Positions 1-6,300 of a stretch of DNA of 13,238 nt are shown here, one piece after another (positions within the stretch are counted from its first letter, which is position 1; the number at the start of each line of letters is the position of its first letter). Made by a program: the position numbers and the translations under genes. The notes beneath the pieces were generated by a model. That model worked only from the letters and a program-made list of their open reading frames with translations. It was not told where the DNA came from and ran no database searches. Origin of the DNA: a candidate division WOR-3 bacterium (GTDB lineage: Bacteria > Hydrothermota > Tepidihabitantia > Tepidihabitantales > JAOUPE01); assembly GCA_039801565.1 (NCBI GenBank), contig JBDRUX010000070.1:1-13238 (forward strand), written 5' to 3'.

Positions 1-127
1 TTAATGAACAGGATGCGATAATTTCCGATGCCCTCAATCATGCTTCAATCATTGATGGTATTAGGATGTCCAAGGCCGAACGGCACCGCTACAACCATAT
101 TGATATGAAAGACCTTGAGGAACATCT
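1..127. repeat. Terminal direct repeat, left copy (127 bp, identical to 13112-13238); circular-contig overlap
   Basis: ttaatgaacaggatgcg...gaccttgaggaacatct is read identically at both window ends. 127 is a common maximum assembler k-mer length. Confidence 0.97.
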
Positions 128-860
128 CAAGGCAACTCAAAATAAACGGTTTCGGATTATTGCGACGGATGGTGTCTTTTCGATGGATGGCGATATTGCG
201 CCCCTGTCGGATATTTGTGAGTTAGCCGATAAATACGATGCTTTGGTGATGGTGGACGATGCCCACGCTACTGGTTTTATTGGAAAAACTGGTCGCGGAA
301 CAGCTGAATACCATGGGGTAATGGGACGAGTTGATATTATTACCACCACTTTTGGTAAAGCGATGGGCGGTGCATCCGGTGGTGCAACCTGCTCCAGAAA
401 AGAAATTGTGGAAATGCTTCGACAACGCTCCCGACCTTATCTCTTTTCCAATACGGTCAGTTCGGTAGTGATTGCAGCAACGATTGCGGTTATTGATTTA
501 TTATCGGAGACGACCGAGTTGCGAGACAAATTGGAGTGGAACACCAAATACTTTCGCGAAAAGATGACCGAAGCTGGTTTTGATATAAAACCCGGAATCC
601 ATCCCATTGTACCGATTATGCTTTACAATGCGAAACTGTCTCAAGATTTTGCCCGCGACCTTTATTACGAAGGGATTTATGTTATTGGTTTCTTCTATCC
701 GGTTGTCCCACGCGGTGAAGCAAGGATTCGAGTTCAACTATCGGCGGCTCACGAGAAAAAGCATCTCGACCGAGCAATCGAAGCATTTGTAAAGATTGGC
801 AAGAAATACGATATTTTAGGTAAGAAGCGCGACGAGATTGTTGCAAAATATGGACTCTAA
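3..860 (+). CDS. kbl: 2-amino-3-ketobutyrate CoA ligase (glycine C-acetyltransferase), 3' part; continues from 12727 across the circular junction
   Basis: The frame is open from nt 3 ([19 protein letters not shown]). It contains the PLP class II (AOS family) motifs [32 protein letters not shown] (PLP lysine), [12 protein letters not shown] and [16 protein letters not shown]. The gene lies directly downstream of tdh. Confidence 0.95.
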   Translation, partial: NEQDAIISDALNHASIIDGIRMSKAERHRYNHIDMKDLEEHLKATQNKRFRIIATDGVFSMDGDIAPLSDICELADKYDALVMVDDAHATGFIGKTGRGTAEYHGVMGRVDIITTTFGKAMGGASGGATCSRKEIVEMLRQRSRPYLFSNTVSSVVIAATIAVIDLLSETTELRDKLEWNTKYFREKMTEAGFDIKPGIHPIVPIMLYNAKLSQDFARDLYYEGIYVIGFFYPVVPRGEARIRVQLSAAHEKKHLDRAIEAFVKIGKKYDILGKKRDEIVAKYGL

Positions 861-984
861 AGCTCTGAAAATGTTTTAACTACTGTGATTCGTATCCGTA
901 GTCTGTGAAATTTACCCATACCCAATGCTCCAGGTTCCTTACTGAAACTCTTTGATATTTCGAGGAAATTGGTAAAAGAAATTA

Positions 985-1011
985 AGATTCTTTGTTTTGC
1001 TCAGAATGACA
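985..1011. repeat. Degenerate single arm of a REP-like palindromic element (GATTCTTCGCTTCGCTCAGAATGACA type)
   Basis: agattctttgttttgctcagaatgaca resembles, from recall, a widespread intergenic repeat arm that translates as 'CHSERSEES' on the other strand. Here it reads CHSEQNKES in the 982..1353 ORF. No partner arm is seen. Confidence 0.55.
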
Positions 1012-1056
1012 GAGTGGGTGTAGTGAAAACATTCCGGAAAGGAGTCGAATCGTAGA

Positions 1057-1111
1057 TTTATCCCCTAAAATTCGGTAATTAGACCTAAAAAATTTCTGGT
1101 CAGGGGATAAA
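1057..1111. repeat. Inverted repeat/hairpin immediately upstream of the 12-bp array
   Basis: tttatcccct (1057-1066) pairs with aggggataaa (1102-1111), with an inner gacc (1082-1085)/ggtc (1098-1101) pair. Confidence 0.6.
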
Positions 1112-1130
1112 ATTGTATTGAGGCGTCTAC

Positions 1131-1394
1131 CCCCGAACCATCTCTCCAAGTAGCCTGGCGGGTAGCCCCCAAACCAACTCCCCAGCCAGCTTACCAGCCA
1201 GCTCCCGAGGTAGCCTACGGGGTAGCTCCCGAACCAACTCCCCAGGTTGCTTCCCAAGTTGCCTACCGAGTCGCTTCCGAGGTCGCCTCCGAAGTCGCTC
1301 CCCAACCTGCTTACCAACCAACCCCCGAAGCTGCTTCCGAAGCAACTCCCCAAGCGACCTACGGGGCAGCTTAGGGGGTAGCCTACGGGGCTAC
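1131..1394. repeat. Degenerate 12-bp tandem array, about 22 units, GC-rich
   Basis: Units in strict 12-nt phase with no indels: ccccgaaccatc, tctccaagtagc, ctggcgggtagc, ccccaaaccaac, tccccagccagc, ttaccagccagc, tcccgaggtagc, ctacggggtagc, tcccgaaccaac ... ttccgaggtcgc, ctccgaagtcgc ... ttccgaagcaac, tccccaagcgac, ctacggggcagc, ttagggggtagc, ctacggggctac. Confidence 0.92.
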
Positions 1395-1480
1395 TTCCTA
1401 TACGGTACCCCCTCCCTAAGTAAAAATTGGCATAAGTGACGGACGACTAAGATGATAGACGAAAAAATCGGTCATTTTAG

Positions 1481-1498
1481 GTTAAAATATATTTTAAC
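1481..1498. repeat. 18-bp perfect palindrome in an AT-rich stretch
   Basis: gttaaaata|tattttaac is its own reverse complement. Confidence 0.75.
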
Positions 1499-1655
1499 TT
1501 TTTATAATAAAGATATGCTTAAACCCTTTATTTTTACAAAAGAGATGGCTGAATTCTCGTAAGGAAGCAATTTGTCTAAAAAGAGGTTGCCGAAAGAATG
1601 TTAAATCAAAAATCCATCTTTAGCAGGTAGCTTATTTTTGGAGAAAACCGAGAGA

Positions 1656-1683
1656 TTGACAAGCAAGGAATTCGAGTTAAAAT
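1656..1683 (+). promoter_or_regulatory. Putative sigma70 promoter for the R-M operon
   Basis: TTGACA (1656-1661), 16-bp spacer, TAAAAT (1678-1683); 33 nt before the ATG at 1717. Confidence 0.6.
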
Positions 1684-1716
1684 TTCTTATTGAATTGAAA
1701 AATTGGGATTGGTTTT

Positions 1717-2937
1717 ATGCTTGAGGTAAATAGACAGGCGGCGGTCAAGTTTGCGATTGACACCAAATTAATTGAAGAACGAACCGACACTCAAAAGAAT
1801 ATCAAAATTCTTGGCAATGATTTAACATTTCTAAGTGTTCGAGAGTCGGAAAGGACGAAGCATGTCCATCGGTTACACCCATATCTTGGCAAATTCATAC
1901 CCCAACTGGTCGAGGTATTCCTAAAGAAATATTTTAAAAAAGGCGATACCATTCTTGACCCATTTTCCGGTTCAGGAACGACTCTTATTGAAGCAAATGT
2001 CTTAGGCATCAATTCGGTTGGGATAGAACTATCGGCCTTCAATGTCTTAATTCAAGAAGTAAAGACGAAAAAATATAATATCTTAGAAGTTGAAACAGAG
2101 ATTAAAGATGCTCTAAAAAGATTAAAAGAATTCAGTTTTAATTTGCAAAATAAAGACAAAATTCTTTTTGGAAAACAAATCGAGCGATTTGATACCCACA
2201 GCGAATATCTAAAAGAATGGTTTGCGGAACGAGCCTTGCAAGAGATTTTATTTTACCGTAGTATAATCAAAGATTACAAAAATCAAGATGTTTTGAAAAT
2301 AATTCTTTCTCGGTCAGCCCGTTCGGCTCGACTTATTCCCCATTATGATTTAGCGCGCCCTAAGAAACCAATCCGAGAAAGATACTGGTGTATTAAGCAC
2401 CAAAGATATTGCGAACCGATCGGCGAAGCCTTGAAGTTTATCAATCGCTATAGTTGGGATACGATAAAGCGGCTTAGGGAATTTGATAGACTAAGAACCG
2501 ATGCTTTTATCAAGATTATTCAGGGTGACGCAAGAAAAGTGAAACTGCCTAATAATCTATTGTTCGACGGAATATTTACTTCGCCGCCTTATGTGGGAAT
2601 TATTGATTATCACGAGCAACACCGCTATGCTTACGAATTATTTGATTTTCCTAGGCAGGATGAGTTAGAAATCGGTTCTGCCCGTAAGGGCCAAAGTGAC
2701 AACGCAAAAAAGGAATATAGCCGGGGAATCGTGGCTGTCTTTAAAAACATTGCCGAACATCTTGTTGACAACGCTTCAATTTTTATTGTCGCTAATGATA
2801 AATTTAATTTGTATCCTGACATCGGTAAACAATGTGGATTTGAATTAAAAGATGTCTTCCATCGCCCGGTTTTAATGAGAACCGAAAGGGATTCGAATAA
2901 GTATTTTGAATCCATATTTTATTTTAAGAAGATATAA
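1717..2937 (+). CDS. Type II DNA amino-methyltransferase, probably N4-cytosine, M.MjaII-like
   Basis: TKHVHRLHPYLGKFIPQL, SAM-binding motif I DPFSGSGTT near the N-terminus, and catalytic motif IV TSPPY later. SPPY is typical of m4C enzymes. The gene is adjacent to an endonuclease gene. Confidence 0.9.
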   Translation: MLEVNRQAAVKFAIDTKLIEERTDTQKNIKILGNDLTFLSVRESERTKHVHRLHPYLGKFIPQLVEVFLKKYFKKGDTILDPFSGSGTTLIEANVLGINSVGIELSAFNVLIQEVKTKKYNILEVETEIKDALKRLKEFSFNLQNKDKILFGKQIERFDTHSEYLKEWFAERALQEILFYRSIIKDYKNQDVLKIILSRSARSARLIPHYDLARPKKPIRERYWCIKHQRYCEPIGEALKFINRYSWDTIKRLREFDRLRTDAFIKIIQGDARKVKLPNNLLFDGIFTSPPYVGIIDYHEQHRYAYELFDFPRQDELEIGSARKGQSDNAKKEYSRGIVAVFKNIAEHLVDNASIFIVANDKFNLYPDIGKQCGFELKDVFHRPVLMRTERDSNKYFESIFYFKKI

Positions 2938-2938
2938 A

Positions 2939-3721
2939 ATGGGTATATCAAAAGACAAACGAGAAAAAAATGAAAGTCTTTTGATTAAAATTATCGAGAA
3001 TAAACTTAAAAAATATACAAGGGAAACTTCATCTATGCCATTTTTAGTTCGATTGGTTCAAGATAGTCGTAAAGTGGCATCTTATTCATTTATCCATTCC
3101 ATTGCCACTAGTTTGGGTATGTCAATTTATGAAGAAGTTTCCAAAATTCTGGTCGCGGATAATTCAGAAGCATACGCTAGAAAATATGACCTGGGTGGCG
3201 TATTATCGGAAGAACAAAAATCAGTGATTGATAATATTATCCGAGAATTACGAAATAAAGAAAGAGTTCCTAATTATGAAAAAGAGATGCAAGCTGTTTT
3301 AAGCGCTTCGGCAAAAGATGGAAAACAACAAAAAGAAGGGAAGATTGCTGACTTCTATATGAAAAGGGATGGTATAGAATATTTCTTTGAAATAAAGACC
3401 GTTAAACCAAATATTGATATTTTTACTAAGTCAAAAACAAAACTTTTGGAATGGGTAGCCAGACGACAGAAGCCAATCCGAGCTATATTAGCATTTCCTT
3501 ATAACCCCTATTACCCAAAACCTTACAAAAGATTTACCGAACAAAATTTGATGCAATCAGGCGTTGATTTCTTGGTTGGTGACGAATATTGGAATTTTTT
3601 AAGCGGAGAAAACACATTCGTCGAGTTATTAGAAATTTTCGATTCGGTTGGTAAGAAATGGAAGAACAAAATATTGACCAAGATAGAAGAAGTAGCAAAA
3701 GAAAGAATGGAGAATTTTTAA
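2939..3721 (+). CDS. Type II restriction endonuclease, TdeIII/MjaII-like family (characterised members cut GGNCC)
   Basis: The ATG at 2939 follows the MTase stop after a 1-nt gap. PD-(D/E)xK-like ADFY...FEIKTVKPN, plus SFIHSIATSLGMSIYE, PYNPY and GDEYWNFL motifs recalled from this family. Specificity is inferred, not shown. Confidence 0.82.
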   Translation: MGISKDKREKNESLLIKIIENKLKKYTRETSSMPFLVRLVQDSRKVASYSFIHSIATSLGMSIYEEVSKILVADNSEAYARKYDLGGVLSEEQKSVIDNIIRELRNKERVPNYEKEMQAVLSASAKDGKQQKEGKIADFYMKRDGIEYFFEIKTVKPNIDIFTKSKTKLLEWVARRQKPIRAILAFPYNPYYPKPYKRFTEQNLMQSGVDFLVGDEYWNFLSGENTFVELLEIFDSVGKKWKNKILTKIEEVAKERMENF

Positions 3722-3788
3722 CCAAAATTATTATAATTACTAAAATAAACGGTGCGAAATATAATTTTGAAATTGTTTCGGAGAAGAA

Positions 3789-4025
3789 TCAAGATGAAGA
3801 CCGAATATTAGGTGAATGGGAGAATAAATCATAAGAATTGTTCTCGGAATGGTTTTGGAGGCCAATTTCGTCAAAAGAATAGAATCGGTTATGCCATTTC
3901 CGGATGGTCTTTGGGGTTGTTCTAAGTTCTTTTACTGTTTTGGTAACATTGCCATTATTAAGTTTAAGTCGTTCCAATAGTTTAATTGTGACTGAAGTTT
4001 TTTGAGGTATTAATTCTTTCGGCAT
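3789..4025 (-). pseudogene. Truncated HTH transposase fragment (IS481/IS630-like N-terminus)
   Basis: GNVTKTVKELRTTPKTIRKWHNRF..DEIGLQNHS matches the 'T(I/V)RKWxxRF...GLxxxS' HTH pattern. The ORF is only 78 aa and has no DDE domain. Confidence 0.65.
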
Positions 4026-4174
4026 AGGGTTCGATTGGACTCATTTTGTGCTGTCCTTTCTTAAGAGTTTTTTCATTGCCTCAATTTTATTAACCAATTT
4101 AGTTAATTGCTTAACCCAAAAGAGTAAAACAAGATAGAGACAGTATCTTTGACGAAAACGTTTTTTTTTCTTTA

Positions 4175-4202
4175 TTGACATCTGAGATACTTTGGGTATA
4201 AA
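4175..4202 (+). promoter_or_regulatory. Putative sigma70 promoter for the 4274 gene
   Basis: TTGACA (4175-4180), 16 bp, TATAAA (4197-4202), preceded by a T-tract. SD aaggagg lies at 4263-4269. Confidence 0.55.
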
Positions 4203-4273
4203 TATTTTGCCGGGAAAAATAGGTGGATTGGTAAAAGAATTAGACAATACCATCTTCCCGGTAAGGAGGCATT

Positions 4274-6100
4274 ATGTTAAACTTTGTCTTGGCGTTGGCG
4301 CTTATAACCCTCTCGCCGCCGAGTAATGTTACTCCGAATCTTATAGTACCCCTTACTTTTGGTGGCGGCGGCCCAGATACCTTCGGCTACACCTGGCTTG
4401 ATTCGGATACCACTGCCCCAGGCGCACCAGTTTTTAACTGGATTCCAATTTATGGAATTGGCACTCGTATCACCGGTCTGGCAGATGATAATGTAGTTGG
4501 ACCTTTCCCGATTGGTTTTGAGTTTCCTTACTACTGGTACACAGTAAATAGTTTCTACGTTGGTTCTAATGGCTACATTAGTTTCGGTGACAACTTCCTT
4601 GCTGCATCACCATTTCATCGGGTACCGAGTCCAGCTCGTCCTAACAATGTATTGGCTCCTTTGATGTCCGATTTAGATTTTAGCACCGGTAATGGTTCTT
4701 GTTGGTATTGGACAAACGCTAATGCTGATACTCTAATTATTGAGTATGACAGCGTTCGTTTTTGGTATACAGGTGGCAATAATACCTTCCAGATTATTTT
4801 AAGCCGACCGGATTCGACTATTACCTTTCAATATTTGGACCAGCAAGGTGCGCCTTATAATGGCTGGACCACTGATTCAACTAACTCAATTGGTATTGAA
4901 AATGTGACCGGCACAATCGGGTTGAGTTATCTCTTTATGGGTTCACCAAGTTATAATATGCCCCACGCTGGATTGGCAATTAAATTCATACCCCCGGAAT
5001 CCAGTGCTTATCAAGTTCATGATGTTGGAATTTATGAGGCGTTATCGCCTAACTCGGGTGGTATTTTCGTCTATAATGGTGACACCTTGACTCCTTGGGC
5101 AAAGGTGAAGAATACCGGCAACCAACCCGAAGCCGGGTTTCCGGTCTGTGGTTGGATAAAAAATCAAGCTGGCACAACAATCTATGCGGATACAGTTTTG
5201 GCCGGTCCAATTAATCCCGGTGAGATTGATTCAATAGTCTTTACTCCGGATTGGATTCCTACTAGTAATGGTCTATATACCTTTACGGCTAAGACCGCAC
5301 TCACTGGTGATATGTATCCAGGAAATGACCAGGCAGTAGTTGAAATGCGCGTCGTTACTTATCCGGGCGAACTGCAATATGAGAACCTTGCGACCTCAAC
5401 CTTGCTTTATTCCTGGAATGGTCCAGGTGGCTATGGTAATCGGTTTGTACCGCCACGCTATCCTTGCCAAGTTACCGGGATGAAAGTGTATAGTTCGGCA
5501 ACACCGGCAACTGATGTTTTTGTTGGTGTCTTCGATGACAATGGCGTTGGTGGTGGGCCCGGTGATACGCTAACATCCGCTACCCTTAATGTTACCACTG
5601 CTAACTGGTATACGGTCAACTTCCCTATCCCGGCGGTGATTAATGAAGGCGCGTTCTTTGTCGGAGTGATTTCCGCAGTACCCAATCGTCCATCATTTGG
5701 TATGGATACAACCAAACCAATCTCCAGACAAGGTTGGGAATATACCACCAGTTGGGCACCCAGCCGCCATGCCAATATTCACGATATCTGTATAAGGGCA
5801 TTAGTCTCGACCGCAGGGATTGAAGAGGAATTGACCCCTGTCGCCTTCGACCAGACTATAATCACACCCAATCCGTTTCAAACTAAGACCAAAATTAACT
5901 TTATTAACCCTGAATCACGAATCGTTAAGTTACAGGTTTATAATTCGCTTGGTCGGTGCGTTAAAAACTTTACTACTAACCGAAATGAGATTGTTTGGGA
6001 TGGCAAGGATGATAAAGGTCAAAGATTAGCCGATGGGGTCTATTTCTTGAAATTGGAAAGTGAAAAGGCCCGTATCGAAAAACTGATAATTACTCGTTAA
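4274..6100 (+). CDS. Secreted/surface protein with C-terminal FlgD Ig-like (T9SS type A sorting-like) domain
   Basis: Hydrophobic signal peptide; GGPDTFGYTWLDSD and PIGFEFPYY...VGSNGYISF N-terminal beta domain; CARDB-like VKNTGNQPE...GDMYPGND; C-terminal PNPF...VYNSLGRCVK...WDGKDDKGQRLADGVYFLKL; strong SD. Confidence 0.85.
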   Translation: MLNFVLALALITLSPPSNVTPNLIVPLTFGGGGPDTFGYTWLDSDTTAPGAPVFNWIPIYGIGTRITGLADDNVVGPFPIGFEFPYYWYTVNSFYVGSNGYISFGDNFLAASPFHRVPSPARPNNVLAPLMSDLDFSTGNGSCWYWTNANADTLIIEYDSVRFWYTGGNNTFQIILSRPDSTITFQYLDQQGAPYNGWTTDSTNSIGIENVTGTIGLSYLFMGSPSYNMPHAGLAIKFIPPESSAYQVHDVGIYEALSPNSGGIFVYNGDTLTPWAKVKNTGNQPEAGFPVCGWIKNQAGTTIYADTVLAGPINPGEIDSIVFTPDWIPTSNGLYTFTAKTALTGDMYPGNDQAVVEMRVVTYPGELQYENLATSTLLYSWNGPGGYGNRFVPPRYPCQVTGMKVYSSATPATDVFVGVFDDNGVGGGPGDTLTSATLNVTTANWYTVNFPIPAVINEGAFFVGVISAVPNRPSFGMDTTKPISRQGWEYTTSWAPSRHANIHDICIRALVSTAGIEEELTPVAFDQTIITPNPFQTKTKINFINPESRIVKLQVYNSLGRCVKNFTTNRNEIVWDGKDDKGQRLADGVYFLKLESEKARIEKLIITR

Positions 6101-6115
6101 AAGCATCGTCAATCT

Positions 6116-6162
6116 GGGGAGGCGCTAATTCAATGAGATTCATTGCGATTTAGCGCCTTCCC
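6116..6162 (+). terminator. Long hairpin after the 4274-6100 gene (terminator or mRNA stabiliser)
   Basis: ggggaggcgctaa pairs with ttagcgccttccc, with an inner caatga/tcattg pair. There is no clear U-tract. Confidence 0.55.
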
Positions 6163-6170
6163 TTGATGCC

Positions 6171-6224
6171 ACGCACCCGAATTCTTAAGGAATTTACTCC
6201 TTGCAAAATTGGCTTTGCCGATTT
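6171..6224 (-). repeat. ~55-bp dispersed element, copy A (inverted)
   Basis: Its reverse complement, aaatcggcaaagccaattttgcaaggagtaaattccttaagaattcgggtgcgt, aligns with 6416-6470 and 9021-9078. Confidence 0.8.
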
Positions 6225-6263
6225 ATTATAGTCAACTACAATCGCTCCCTACCACTTGGATGG

Positions 6264-6292
6264 TTGACTTTGTTAATTGAAACAATTAAGAT
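6264..6292 (+). promoter_or_regulatory. Putative sigma70 promoter for the hydrolase (near-leaderless)
   Basis: TTGACT (6264-6269), 17 bp, TAAGAT (6287-6292), 8 nt before ATG 6301. Confidence 0.5.
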
Positions 6293-6300
6293 AAGGCACT

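Noticed and set aside
1..127. Phage terminal repeats, att sites or a true kbl duplication
   Set aside because: The repeat lies mid-gene, is exactly 127 nt, and joins seamlessly in frame, which is the signature of an assembler overlap. There are no phage or integrase genes.
66..860. Stand-alone 264-aa protein starting at nt 66
   Set aside because: This is an internal Met of kbl; the frame is open upstream and continues from 12727.
982..1353. 123-aa and 72-aa (1127..1345) minus-strand ORFs as real genes
   Set aside because: Both start at non-ATG codons inside the repeat and are open mainly because of the 12-bp GC-rich periodicity. The longer one ends in a REP-like arm.
1131..1394. CRISPR array
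   Set aside because: There is no constant repeat with unique spacers. The units are contiguous 12-mers, and no cas genes are present.
2906..2938. TTG start for the endonuclease
   Set aside because: It overlaps the MTase 3' end; ATG 2939, directly after the MTase stop, is more plausible.
3751..3778. dif/Xer site (begins ggtgcg)
   Set aside because: Only the first six bases resemble E. coli dif; there is no TTATGTTAAAT-like XerD arm.
3789..4025. Active IS element or a Rep/regulator for the circle
   Set aside because: There is no catalytic domain, and I found no terminal inverted repeats or target duplication. A residual DNA-binding role cannot be supported from sequence alone.
4050..4101. 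Fourth, minus-strand copy of the 55-bp element
   Set aside because: Only aaattggt and cttaagaa match at similar spacing. The hairpin is absent, so chance similarity in AT-rich DNA cannot be excluded.
4041..4253. 70-aa minus-strand ORF
   Set aside because: It spans a promoter and T-tract, has low complexity and shows no recognisable motif.
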